Shown one piece after another: positions 18,287 through 27,921 of a stretch of DNA of 64,000 bases (its first letter is position 1; each line of letters opens with the position of its first letter). A program made the position numbers and the translations under genes. The stretch spans positions 262,500-326,499 of the forward strand of contig CAZKQW010000001.1 of assembly GCA_964555055.1 (NCBI GenBank), in the 5' to 3' direction. Below the pieces are notes generated by a model. It did no database searches, was not told where the DNA came from, and saw only the letters and a program-made list of their open reading frames with translations. Origin of the DNA: an uncultured Pseudomonadota bacterium (GTDB lineage: Bacteria; UBA10199; JACPAL01; GCA-016699445).

Positions 18287-19084
18287 ATGAATATAAAAAA
18301 AGTCCGACACTATGCTTGGATCGCCTTAGCGCTTTCGACGACGCCTGCATTCGCCGAGGGAGAGAGCTCCTATGAAAATCCCATGAATCATATGGAATTC
18401 ACCTTTGAACCAGGCCCTGTCTCCGTAAACGAAACAGTCGATGGCTTCAGATATTTTTCTTTTATCTACGATCTGTACATTAAAAATAATAACTCTGAGC
18501 CTGTATCTACCTCGTTGATTCATGAGCGTCTTCCCTTCGACTTGATGGACATCGCTCATATCGATGAAGTGGAATTGAAAAGCGACGAGTCTACGCGAGG
18601 ATTTTTCGATACTCTGGAAGTTGGGGGTGTGCAGCCTATGATTGCAGGAATGTATACGACGCGAAACACGGAAGCCGAGATCCAAATAAAAGATGTCTTT
18701 GGGCCTGGAGAATTCGGCCGCATAGGTTTTGCCGTGGAAGTTTTCAGCGACGAGTGCCGCCTTTTCCAAAGCCAAGCTCAGCTCTCTTTTGAATATGGAG
18801 GATCGGTATATCTCATGGAACCGGCCGCCCTAGGAACCGCGATGACGGGCTTCTGCGCTCAGCCGACGACGGAAGCGCCTTCTAAAGAAATTTCGGCGGA
18901 GACATCCCAGGGTCCCGACAATAATACCCCGACACCTGACTCTTGTGAGAGATATCGCATGGAAAAATCGGATTTATGGACACGGCTTGCCTCCGTCACA
19001 GATGGCAACGCTAGAACCGAACTCCAATCTCACATCGAATCCGTCATGCGCGAACTCGTCCGCTGCGAAGGTCAATGCCATTAA
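18287..19084 (+). CDS. secreted hypothetical protein (signal peptide), Cys-containing C-terminus
   Basis: Best start MNIKKVRHYAWIALALSTTPAFAEGE (signal peptide with AFA/EG cleavage site), preceded by AGGAGGA. The track ORF from 18173 is an upstream extension. Confidence 0.5.
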   Translation: MNIKKVRHYAWIALALSTTPAFAEGESSYENPMNHMEFTFEPGPVSVNETVDGFRYFSFIYDLYIKNNNSEPVSTSLIHERLPFDLMDIAHIDEVELKSDESTRGFFDTLEVGGVQPMIAGMYTTRNTEAEIQIKDVFGPGEFGRIGFAVEVFSDECRLFQSQAQLSFEYGGSVYLMEPAALGTAMTGFCAQPTTEAPSKEISAETSQGPDNNTPTPDSCERYRMEKSDLWTRLASVTDGNARTELQSHIESVMRELVRCEGQCH

Positions 19085-19125
19085 CCCTAAGGGATAAAAT
19101 AAATGTGCTAGAGACAACACTCGGA

Positions 19126-21306
19126 TCAATCCCTCACCCGTTCGGCGCTAATGACGCCTTTTATTTTGGAGAGTGCTTTGATGAGACTTTGAAGGTGCTT
19201 TAGATCTTGGATGCCGATTTCGAAATTGTTGACCATCTTTTGGTCGCCGATCGAGCGGCAGGAGGCTTGGTTAATATTGACGCCGAGGTCAGAGATGATG
19301 CGGCTAATGTCCGCAAGAAGCCCCGGCTTATCGATGCAAATCACGCGAATCTTCGTGCTGGTCGGGTCGGTGGCCTTGACGTTCCATGCCGCCTCCAACC
19401 GCCGCGTCTTGTCGGAGGCCAGCACCTTGCTGCAGTCCGACGAGTGGATGGTCACACCGCGCCCACGCGTAATGAAGCCGACGATCGAATCGCCTGGGAT
19501 CGGGTTACAGCACTTGGCGAGCGAGATCATGACGTCATCATAGCCTCCAACACGCACACGGCCTCGGCTACGCTCGAAGGCTTTTTTGAAGATGCGGCTG
19601 ATCGTGCTTTCCTTAGCGGCTTCTTGTTGAGCCATTTCGTCGAGCGTCTCCTTGGGTAGGAGGGAAGCAACCACTTGGTGGGCGGACAGTTTGCCGTAAC
19701 CTACGAGAATGAAGAGCTGCTTCTCGTCTTTAATGTGGCGACTTTCGAGAAAAGATAGAAATGCCTCGCCTTTATAAGTCTTGGCGGGACTTAATCCATA
19801 GCGGTCCAATTCCTTTTCCAATAAATCCTGACCCAGCTTGCCGGCGCGCGTGGATTGCTCTTCACGAAGGTGCTGGCGGATTTTCGCCTTGGCGCGGGAA
19901 GTTTGCGCGTATTTCAACCAATCTCGAGAGGGGTAATGTCCGTCTTGCGTAATGATCTCTACCGTATCGCCGCTTTTCATGCGGTAGCGTAGCGGCACCA
20001 GCTTTCCGTTAACGCGAGCTCCGACGCATTTGTTCCCGACTTCCGTATGGACGGAATAGGCGAAGTCGACCGGTGTCGATCCCGCCGGAAATTCGCGGAT
20101 ATCTCCTTTCGGCGTGAAAACGTAGACGTCGCTCGCGAAGAGGTCGAGCTTCACCGTATCCAAGTATTCCGCGGGATCCGAGAGATCCTTTTGCCATTCC
20201 ATGAATTGGCGGATCCACCGGTACTTCATCTCGTCCTTGAGGTTGATTTCGCCGCCTTCTTTGTAATTCCAATGGGCCGCGATGCCCCAGTCCGCCACCT
20301 CATGCATCTCGCGCGTGCGGATTTGAAATTCAACCCGATAACCCTTAGGACCGATCACCGTCGTGTGGAGGGATTGGTAATTATTCATCTTAGGCATGCC
20401 GATGTAGTCCTTGAAACGACCGGGCACCGGTTTCCATAGGGAATGAACGAAGCCTAAGGTTTCATAGCATTGGGGGATAGAATTCACGATGACCCTCAAT
20501 GCGAGCAAATCGTAGATCTGCTCGAATTCGACGTGTTGCTCTTCCATCTTACGATAAATACTGTAAACGTGCTTGATACGCGCCTGCAGGTCCGGCCTTA
20601 TCCCATACTCCTGCAATTTCTCGTTTAACTTCACTTTCATCTCTTCGATGGATTTCCCCGTGAGCTTCTCAAGGGCCGTGGCCTTCTCCGTCAGGGTTTC
20701 CCAAAGTTGGGGTTTCAAATATTTAAGGGAGAGGTTTTCCAGATCCAACTTCAGTTCCTGCATCCCAAGACGGCCGGCGATGGGGGCGTAAATGTCCAAA
20801 GTCTCCTGGGAAATGAGGATCTGTTTATCCTCCGGCATGTGTTGCATCGTCTGCATGTTATGCAGGCGGTCGGCGAGTTTCACCAGGATGACCCGGATGT
20901 CGTCGGCCATCGCCATGAACATCTTCCTAAAATTCTCAGCCTGCCGCTGTTCCTTGCTGTTGAAGTTGATCTTGGAAAGCTTCGTGACGGCGTCGACGAG
21001 CTTGGCGATCTGGGGTCCGAAAAGCTGCTTAATGTCGTCTACGGTGGCGAGCGTGTCCTCGACCGTATCATGGAGGAAGCCCGTCGCGATGGACGGTGCG
21101 TCCAGGTGCATCTTAGCCAAGATATGGGCGACGGCCAAGGGATGGATAAGGTAAGGTTCGCCGGAGCGGCGCATCTGGCCCTGATGGACCTTGGCCGAAT
21201 ACACGTAGGCCTTGCGGATGAGGTCCAAATCGGCGTTGGGATTATAGCTTTCGACTTCGGCGAGGATGTCTTCGAAACGCAGTGTGCTGTCGGCCATTGA
21301 CGCCAT
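19126..21306 (-). CDS. bifunctional (p)ppGpp synthetase/hydrolase, RelA/SpoT family
   Basis: HD hydrolase domain (RRSGEPYLIHPLAVAHILA...GFLHDTVEDT) and RelA/SpoT synthetase domain (YRVEFQIRTREMH). Also TGS (GDTVEII) and ACT regions. 726 aa. Confidence 0.92.
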   Translation of the reverse strand: MASMADSTLRFEDILAEVESYNPNADLDLIRKAYVYSAKVHQGQMRRSGEPYLIHPLAVAHILAKMHLDAPSIATGFLHDTVEDTLATVDDIKQLFGPQIAKLVDAVTKLSKINFNSKEQRQAENFRKMFMAMADDIRVILVKLADRLHNMQTMQHMPEDKQILISQETLDIYAPIAGRLGMQELKLDLENLSLKYLKPQLWETLTEKATALEKLTGKSIEEMKVKLNEKLQEYGIRPDLQARIKHVYSIYRKMEEQHVEFEQIYDLLALRVIVNSIPQCYETLGFVHSLWKPVPGRFKDYIGMPKMNNYQSLHTTVIGPKGYRVEFQIRTREMHEVADWGIAAHWNYKEGGEINLKDEMKYRWIRQFMEWQKDLSDPAEYLDTVKLDLFASDVYVFTPKGDIREFPAGSTPVDFAYSVHTEVGNKCVGARVNGKLVPLRYRMKSGDTVEIITQDGHYPSRDWLKYAQTSRAKAKIRQHLREEQSTRAGKLGQDLLEKELDRYGLSPAKTYKGEAFLSFLESRHIKDEKQLFILVGYGKLSAHQVVASLLPKETLDEMAQQEAAKESTISRIFKKAFERSRGRVRVGGYDDVMISLAKCCNPIPGDSIVGFITRGRGVTIHSSDCSKVLASDKTRRLEAAWNVKATDPTSTKIRVICIDKPGLLADISRIISDLGVNINQASCRSIGDQKMVNNFEIGIQDLKHLQSLIKALSKIKGVISAERVRD

Positions 21307-21396
21307 TATGCGGAGTTTAAAAATAGGGTCAAGTTTTGGGTGCCTTGGAAAAAAAATCAGCCGCTAATAGCCTTGTATTCAGAGCTCGTATTTTCA

Positions 21397-21921
21397 TTAT
21401 ACAAAACTCACCCGATGTTCCAACGGGTCAACCCAAGGCTGGGCATGATGAAGATTACAATAAACCCAGCCTCGCTTGATGATCCCTTCGAATGAGTTCC
21501 TCATCCATGCTTCCATTTCCTGCGATGTCATACGGAAGTTTTTAGGAACTTTGAAATAGCAGGCTACGCGTGACGCTTCATGCTCTGGAAAGTTTCTTCG
21601 TTTCCACCGATGCATCATTCCGATCCACGACTTTGGATCGAAATGTTCGCTAGCAATGAAGTGGAAGAAAAAATCGGCAGGTTCTTCTATGGATCCGATT
21701 CTAATATCACCAGGCCCCGAATTAAAAGCGAAAAAGCCTGTCCTAACGAATACACTATCTCTCGTTTCCGAGTGAAAATGAGGCGTACGTTCGCCGAACT
21801 TCTCTAAACGCTCTCTAATGAATTCCTTTAATGGACTACGCGTCTCATTAAAGTCGAAACCGCTAAAATCGCCGCTAACCGCTCTTCTAATCGTCGCTTT
21901 CTCCCAGACTCTGATTGCCAA
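21397..21921 (-). CDS. hypothetical protein (174 aa)
   Basis: ORF between gmk and relA/spoT on the same strand. No recognisable motif, and it is not an rpoZ-like sequence. Confidence 0.35.
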   Translation of the reverse strand: MAIRVWEKATIRRAVSGDFSGFDFNETRSPLKEFIRERLEKFGERTPHFHSETRDSVFVRTGFFAFNSGPGDIRIGSIEEPADFFFHFIASEHFDPKSWIGMMHRWKRRNFPEHEASRVACYFKVPKNFRMTSQEMEAWMRNSFEGIIKRGWVYCNLHHAQPWVDPLEHRVSFV

Positions 21922-22183
21922 AAATCGACCGCGCGCCTTAAAGCGGATGTTCTAGCCCGATTCTCGTAAGATAAAGGAGTAGCAGGCTTAAGCGAAGAGG
22001 GATCGCCCAAAATCAATTCAGGATACCTTGTAGATTTGTAATAGCCGGAAATAAAGGGCAGGGAAAAACTACAGTTCGCGGATCGGATAATCATACCCGC
22101 AAGTTATCGCATATTTGAGGGAAAAGTTTCTTTTTACTTTTTATTTTTTGAACCCTTAGAATCTCTCAACGTTACTAAGGCCA

Positions 22184-22753
22184 TTAACGGGAAGAGAGAA
22201 TAATATCCCTCACTTCGGCATAAGCCCGCTCGATATCGTCATTTATCACAACGCGGTCAAAATGGTCCTTTTCCAGAAGCTGTTCCTGCGCGTCCTTCAG
22301 GCGCCTCTTCAAGGAGGCCTCGTTCTCGGTTTGGCGGCGGCGTAAGCGCTCCTCGAGGGCTTCGAGGGACGGGGGCATCAGGAAGACGGTGAGGCTATCC
22401 GGGAAGGCTTTCTTCACGCTCAAAGCCCCGCGCGTGTCTACATCCAAGACCGTGTCCAGTCCGGCGTCCCGCCGCTTCATCAAAGGGGCCTTTGGGGTCC
22501 CGTAAAAATACCCGTGCACGTCCTCGTATTCGAAAAATTCGCCGGCCGCGATCATATCGCGGAACTTTTCTTCGCCCACGAAATAATAATCGACGCCTTC
22601 CCTTTCGCCCGCACGGGGCTTCCGGGTCGTGCAGGAAATGGAACATTCGATGTCGGGTATGTCCTTCAACAGGCGATTGACCAAAGTCGTTTTACCCGCG
22701 CCTGAAGGGGCGGATAGCACGAAAAAGCGGCCTTTTTTAGGTGTGGAAGGCAT
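22184..22753 (-). CDS. gmk: guanylate kinase
   Basis: P-loop SAPSGAGKTTL. Also SISCTTRKPRAGEREGVDYYFV and the characteristic following segments. Confidence 0.9.
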   Translation of the reverse strand: MPSTPKKGRFFVLSAPSGAGKTTLVNRLLKDIPDIECSISCTTRKPRAGEREGVDYYFVGEEKFRDMIAAGEFFEYEDVHGYFYGTPKAPLMKRRDAGLDTVLDVDTRGALSVKKAFPDSLTVFLMPPSLEALEERLRRRQTENEASLKRRLKDAQEQLLEKDHFDRVVINDDIERAYAEVRDIILSSR

Positions 22754-22761
22754 GTCCCATC

Positions 22762-23613
22762 CTACTCGACGTTTTGGATTTGTTCACGGACTTTTTCGAG
22801 TTCGCTCTTGAACTCGATGACGCGGTGGGAGATTTCCACTCCGAAGGATTTCGACCCGATCGTGTTGATTTCGCGACCCATCTCTTGAATCAGGAAGTCG
22901 AACTTACGTCCTACCGGATTCTTATCCTGGAGGTATTTTTCGAACTCCTTAAGATGGCTCTGGAGGCGCACGATTTCCTCCGTCACGTCCGCCTTCTCGA
23001 CCGCGATGGCCGCTTCTTGGATGGCGCGATCCTCCGGCATATTCGCTCGCTGGAGGCGTTCGACGACTTTGCGGTGGCGGTCATGGCCATGTTGTTTTGA
23101 ATGGGTTTGAACGTACTTTAAGAGGCTTTTGAGCTTTTTAAGCTCGCTCTGGAGCCACTTTTTCAACCTTAAGCCTTCGCGCTCCCTCATTTTGCGCAAG
23201 TGCTGGAGAGCTTCTCCGACAAGGTTCAGAAGAGGACCACGAAGCGTCTCGATATCCTCCCGCGAAGAAGAAACCCCGGTGAGAGTCCGGTACGTCAAGA
23301 GATCGCTTAATGTGATCTCTCCGGAGAGCTGCAGCTCCTGCTTTATTTTTTTTAAAACATGAAACGCTTTCCTCGACTGGTCGAGTTCCGCGTCGTCCCG
23401 GGAAGCCATCTCTTCCTTCAGAAAGAGATCGAACTTGCCGCGGGAAAAGAGTTCCCGGATCTTCCTTTGAATATCCCCTTCTAACGAAGAATATTTTCCG
23501 GGGAAGCGCAAGGACACTTCGATGAAACGATGGTTTACCGACCGCGTCTCGATGAAGACGTGCGAGCGTCCCGCCGTCCCGCGCGCGATCCCGAATCCTG
23601 TCATCGACCTCAT
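22762..23613 (-). CDS. yicC: YicC-family stress-induced protein
   Basis: N-terminal MRSMTGFG signature of the YicC N-domain. Followed by the coiled-coil/DUF1732 C-terminal region. Confidence 0.82.
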   Translation of the reverse strand: MRSMTGFGIARGTAGRSHVFIETRSVNHRFIEVSLRFPGKYSSLEGDIQRKIRELFSRGKFDLFLKEEMASRDDAELDQSRKAFHVLKKIKQELQLSGEITLSDLLTYRTLTGVSSSREDIETLRGPLLNLVGEALQHLRKMREREGLRLKKWLQSELKKLKSLLKYVQTHSKQHGHDRHRKVVERLQRANMPEDRAIQEAAIAVEKADVTEEIVRLQSHLKEFEKYLQDKNPVGRKFDFLIQEMGREINTIGSKSFGVEISHRVIEFKSELEKVREQIQNVE

Positions 23614-23623
23614 CGATAGCCTC

Positions 23624-24304
23624 CTATTGCAATCTTAGTTTTGTGCTTCCCAAGGCGATCAAGTCTCCAGACTTCAAGAGACGCGACTCCACTTCGGCTC
23701 CATTAACGAAAGTCCCATTTTTGCTGACGAGGTCCAGAATACCGATCGCTCCCGACTCGTCGTAGAAGATCATGGCATGAAGGCGCGATATGGAGATGTC
23801 TCTTACCTGAACGTCGGGGCCTCGGAGGAAACCCCCTAAATGTTCGACGCCCTGACCCGCCCCATGGCTCGCCGTCTTATTCGCACTGTCCTTTTTAAAT
23901 TGAGTGGAAAGATACTGCATGACTAACTTCTTGGAGGCTTCGTCCAAAGCGAGAGCCGGGTCGAAATTGAATATCTTCGTCTTTTCCACCTCGTCCACGG
24001 AACGGCCAATGGCTCGGCAGGTCCCTTGGTCCACACGAATCTCTTCCCCCTTTTGCTTACCCTCGACCACTAAAAACACGGCTTGAGCATCCTCCGCTTT
24101 ACGTAAAGAAATTTCCCCGGGAGTGTCTTTATTGACAGTCGGCAAAGCCGTCGCCTCCTCGACGAGGAGATGGGGAACGCCCTCACGTATCGGATAAACT
24201 ACGAGACACGCTTCACAGACAGCCCCTAGTTCATCCGTGGAGAGTGTAAGAGCGCCCTTACATTTAGGACAGGCTAAGAGATCGAAAAGTTCGTTCAGCG
24301 CCAT
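23624..24304 (-). CDS. Trm112-like (DUF343) zinc-ribbon domain fused to a C-terminal FHA domain
   Basis: N-terminus LLACPKCKGAL...CEACLVVYPIREGVPHLL has the Trm112p-like pattern. The C-terminus (RLHAMIFYDESGAIGILDLVSKNGTFVNGAEV...GDLIALGSTKLRLQ) has the FHA pattern. Confidence 0.6.
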   Translation of the reverse strand: MALNELFDLLACPKCKGALTLSTDELGAVCEACLVVYPIREGVPHLLVEEATALPTVNKDTPGEISLRKAEDAQAVFLVVEGKQKGEEIRVDQGTCRAIGRSVDEVEKTKIFNFDPALALDEASKKLVMQYLSTQFKKDSANKTASHGAGQGVEHLGGFLRGPDVQVRDISISRLHAMIFYDESGAIGILDLVSKNGTFVNGAEVESRLLKSGDLIALGSTKLRLQ

Positions 24305-24309
24305 TATCC

Positions 24310-24846
24310 TTACTTCTCGGTATCCTTTAATGGGCCGCTGAACTTAGAATTGTAGGCCTTGATAACTTGATCTGTCAGGTCTTCTTTGGAAGCCACATAA
24401 AGAACGGTATCCGCCGAAGATTCCATGACCAACGTAAAACCACCACCCTTACCGATGTCGGCGGTGACCGTCTTGAGATTTTGGAGTATTTGGGAAGTCA
24501 TCTTAGACTCGCGCGCCATTAACTCATCACGATAACCGGCGAAATTCTTCTGGAGTTCGGTGTACTTCTCTTGAAAAGTCTTCTGCTTGGCGATGAGAGC
24601 GTCCTGGGACAGAACGGCCTTTTGCTTTTCGAATTCCGCCTGCATCTTCTTTAATTCATCCTCTTGGATTTGCAGCTTCTTTTGCTTGGCGTCGAATTCG
24701 GACTTGAGGGCGGCCTTGGCCTTTTTCCCCTGTTCGACTTCGTTCAAAGCCTTTTGAAAATTCACGGTGCCGATCTTTATATCAGCGGCATAGGATGATG
24801 CCGTCATCAGGACTACGGCCATCAAAGATAAAATCGATTTCTTCAT
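24310..24846 (-). CDS. skp: periplasmic chaperone Skp (OmpH)
   Basis: Signal peptide MKKSILSLMAVVLMTASSYAADIKIGTV, then a long K/Q/E-rich coiled coil typical of OmpH. Sits directly downstream of bamA. The track ORF extends upstream to 24909. Confidence 0.78.
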   Translation of the reverse strand: MKKSILSLMAVVLMTASSYAADIKIGTVNFQKALNEVEQGKKAKAALKSEFDAKQKKLQIQEDELKKMQAEFEKQKAVLSQDALIAKQKTFQEKYTELQKNFAGYRDELMARESKMTSQILQNLKTVTADIGKGGGFTLVMESSADTVLYVASKEDLTDQVIKAYNSKFSGPLKDTEK

Positions 24847-24915
24847 GATACTCGCTCCTTTTCGTCTTATTTTTTTGGGCCTTATCTGATGGGGAGGCTT
24901 TAAAGACAAGTGATT

Positions 24916-27222
24916 TTAGAAAAAACTCCCGATCGTGAAGTTGAAGATCACGGGATCCTCGCCGGGTTCGCGATGGATGGGCAACCCCCATTCGAAACGC
25001 AAGGGACCGAAGGGGGAATTCCAACGCAAGCCGAACCCATAATTACTTCTTAGGTTCTTGATCGAGAAATTCTCCTCTTCGGAAAAGGCGTTTCCGGTGT
25101 CGAAGAAAGTCACTGCCTTAAAACCGGCGGGATCGTATAAGGGCAGCTCGAGCTCGAGGTTTAGTTGCAGCATTTTATTGCCCCCAAAGACGAACCGATG
25201 GTCGCCTCCGATCGACGAGACGGGCACTCGAACGCTCGGGCCCACGCTTCGTAGGAAATACCCGCGGAGGAAATTGACCCCTCCCAGGAAGTATCTTTCG
25301 GAAAGAGGCACCGGATCCGAACCGGTGCTTTCTATCTGAGCCATCGTGAAGTTCAGTTTTCCGACGATTTTCTTCCATAAAGGTTGGTAGTAGCGGAAAT
25401 TCTCGGAGATACGAACGAAGTTATTGTCTCCCCCCAAACCGGCGAACTCGGTCGTAAAACTCTGGTACATGCCCGAAGAGGGAAAGAGTCGGTTGTTGCG
25501 GGTATCGCGGATGAGCGACATGCCGACGCTGGAGGTGAGGCCGGAGAGATTGTTGGCGAAGACGGCCGGCACCGTGGTGGTGAAGTCGCTGATCTCCACG
25601 TCCTCGATTTGATAGGTGAGCCGAAAAGTGGAATAGTCGAAAATGCGGTGTCCCAACGTCGCACTCCCACCGAAGGACTTGCGGTCGAAGTCTGAGTAGA
25701 CGTTGATCGTGCGGAAACCGGAAATGCCCAGGATCCATTGCGAATCGAGGAAAGACGGATCCTCCAAAGATAGAACGAAGAGTTGGCGTCGCGACGACGC
25801 TTCCACGGAGAACTGTCCGCTGATCCCGTAGCCCAGGAAATTCTCCTTCGCCAAGGATGCCGTCAGGATGAATTTTTCCACCGAAGAGAAACCGGCCCCG
25901 ATCGAAAACTGTCCCGTCTGCCTTTCCTTCACCGAAATGTTGATTTGGATGCGGTCATCCGAAGAACCCCGCGGCGTCGCAAAATTCACCTCCTCGAAGT
26001 AACCGAGGGCCTGGACGCGTTGTTGGGATTCACGAAGGCGGGATTCGTTATAAAGGGTGTTCTCTTTGATCTTCAACTCGCGGCGGATGACCTTATCACG
26101 AGTCACCGAATTCCCTGAAATATTGATTTTTTCGATGTAAACGCGCGGACCGCGCTGGACCGTGTACGTCACGTCGGCGGTCTTATCGTCATCGTTGGGG
26201 AGAATCATGGGATTGATGTTCGCGAACGCGTATCCCTGATCTCCGTAGAGGGCGGAGAGCATCTGCAGATCTTCTTCTACTTTTTGCCGCGAATAATACT
26301 GGCCGGCTTTCAAAACCAGTTTGGAGTCCATCTCCTGCTTGGTCGTCAAGATCTCGCCCTGAACTTCCACCTGCCGGACTTTATACTTTTCGCCTTCCGT
26401 GATGTGGTATGTGACCGTGATCGACTTCCGGTCACGCGACAGATAGATTTTAGGACTGCCGACTTTAACCTTCAAATAACCGTTATTTTGGTAAAAATAA
26501 ACGAGGAAGGCGCTGTCCCTCTTCACCATTTCCTCTTGATACTTACCGCCTCCCGTCAGCCACGAGAAATAGCTCCTCGCCTTAGTCTTGATCTTGGAAC
26601 GTAATTCAGCGTCCGAGAAAACCTTATTGCCGATGAAATTAACGCGCGCCACCCGAACCGGCTCGCGCTCGTGGATGCGAAATATCAGCTCTTGGTTATC
26701 GCCCGTCGGCTCCTTTTTGAATTCCGTCGTGATTTCCGCCAGATGATACCCTTCCTTGGCGTAATGTTCCCGGATCTTTCGGATCGTATTCGAAAGACGT
26801 ACGGAATCGAGCGGTGAGAAGGCTTTTACCTCGCTCAGTTCCCGCAGCTTATCTTCTTTTACCTTCTTATTACCCTCAAAAGTGATCTTAGTGACGTTCG
26901 TACGCTCCGTAACCGTCACGATGAGCCTGAGGCCTCCCGCTACATTGACCCTCTCAAACTTTACATCGGAAAAAGACCCCATGCGGTAGAGGTTTTTCAC
27001 ATCCTTTTGGATCTTGTCGGGGGAATACGACGAGCCGATCCGGCTCTCGAGGGTGGCAATGATAGCCCGGGTCTCCACCCTTTGATTCCCGTTCACTTGG
27101 ATTTCCCGAATCATGAGGTCGGCAAGGGAAACATCAGGCAAGACGGAAATAAGAAGGAACAGCAGAGCCGCTAAGGATCGCTTCAAGATATAGGGGAAAG
27201 ATAAAGGACGGTCGCGTTTCAT
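24916..27222 (-). CDS. bamA: outer membrane protein assembly factor BamA
   Basis: 768 aa. Signal peptide, repeated POTRA-like modules, and a C-terminal beta-barrel ending in the aromatic FNFTIGSFF. Conserved bamA-skp arrangement. Confidence 0.9.
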   Translation of the reverse strand: MKRDRPLSFPYILKRSLAALLFLLISVLPDVSLADLMIREIQVNGNQRVETRAIIATLESRIGSSYSPDKIQKDVKNLYRMGSFSDVKFERVNVAGGLRLIVTVTERTNVTKITFEGNKKVKEDKLRELSEVKAFSPLDSVRLSNTIRKIREHYAKEGYHLAEITTEFKKEPTGDNQELIFRIHEREPVRVARVNFIGNKVFSDAELRSKIKTKARSYFSWLTGGGKYQEEMVKRDSAFLVYFYQNNGYLKVKVGSPKIYLSRDRKSITVTYHITEGEKYKVRQVEVQGEILTTKQEMDSKLVLKAGQYYSRQKVEEDLQMLSALYGDQGYAFANINPMILPNDDDKTADVTYTVQRGPRVYIEKINISGNSVTRDKVIRRELKIKENTLYNESRLRESQQRVQALGYFEEVNFATPRGSSDDRIQINISVKERQTGQFSIGAGFSSVEKFILTASLAKENFLGYGISGQFSVEASSRRQLFVLSLEDPSFLDSQWILGISGFRTINVYSDFDRKSFGGSATLGHRIFDYSTFRLTYQIEDVEISDFTTTVPAVFANNLSGLTSSVGMSLIRDTRNNRLFPSSGMYQSFTTEFAGLGGDNNFVRISENFRYYQPLWKKIVGKLNFTMAQIESTGSDPVPLSERYFLGGVNFLRGYFLRSVGPSVRVPVSSIGGDHRFVFGGNKMLQLNLELELPLYDPAGFKAVTFFDTGNAFSEEENFSIKNLRSNYGFGLRWNSPFGPLRFEWGLPIHREPGEDPVIFNFTIGSFF

Positions 27223-27237
27223 GTGGAGGAAGGGTCG

Positions 27238-27909
27238 CTACCCTTGAAGGGTTCCATCATCAAGTCGAATTATTCTAGGAAATCTCCGGGCGATCTCCTG
27301 GTTATGGGTCACGACGATTAGGGCGATTCCGCTTTCCTCATGAACCTTCATTAAAAGGTCAATCAAGCGTTGGCTGTTTTCATGGTCGAGGTTTCCCGTA
27401 GGTTCGTCGGCGCAAACGAGCCTCGGTTCCGTCACGAGGGCACGCGCCACAGCCACGCGCTGTTGCTCTCCCCCTGACATCTCTGAGGGTCGATGGTGGA
27501 GACGGTGATCGACGCCTAAGGCGGCTAAATAATGCTTCGCCCGCTCATAGGCCGACTTATCTCCACGCATGAGCAGAGGCATGGCGGCGTTCTCTAAGGC
27601 CGTGAATTCAGGCATTAAATGATGGAACTGAAACACAAAACCGATGGATCGATTGCGAAAATCGGAAAGTTCTCGATCGCTCAGCCGTCCCAGAGATTTC
27701 CCGTCGAAGATCACTTCTCCCGCGTCTGGGATCTCGAGACCGCTTAAAACATGAAGTAACGTGCTCTTCCCCGCTCCCGAAGCCCCCAAGAGGACCGAAC
27801 GACTTTTAAAAGGGAATGCCAACGAAATCCCCTTCAGGACTTCGGTCCGTGCGACTCCGCTTCCATAGCCTTTCCTGACGTCACGACATTCCAACAGGAC
27901 ATCGGTCAT
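27238..27909 (-). CDS. lolD: lipoprotein-releasing system ATP-binding protein (LolD-like ABC ATPase)
   Basis: Walker [13 protein letters not shown] signature [15 protein letters not shown], Walker [13 protein letters not shown]. Located after two FtsX-like LolC/E permease genes. Confidence 0.82.
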   Translation of the reverse strand: MTDVLLECRDVRKGYGSGVARTEVLKGISLAFPFKSRSVLLGASGAGKSTLLHVLSGLEIPDAGEVIFDGKSLGRLSDRELSDFRNRSIGFVFQFHHLMPEFTALENAAMPLLMRGDKSAYERAKHYLAALGVDHRLHHRPSEMSGGEQQRVAVARALVTEPRLVCADEPTGNLDHENSQRLIDLLMKVHEESGIALIVVTHNQEIARRFPRIIRLDDGTLQG

Positions 27910-27921
27910 AATTTCTCCGTT

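Noticed and set aside
21922-22183. Hidden rpoZ, tRNA or small RNA between gmk and the 174-aa ORF
   Set aside because: No ORF here has RpoZ-like sequence and no tRNA-like structure is evident. Only the 88-aa ORF 21828..22094 exists, and it is unconvincing.
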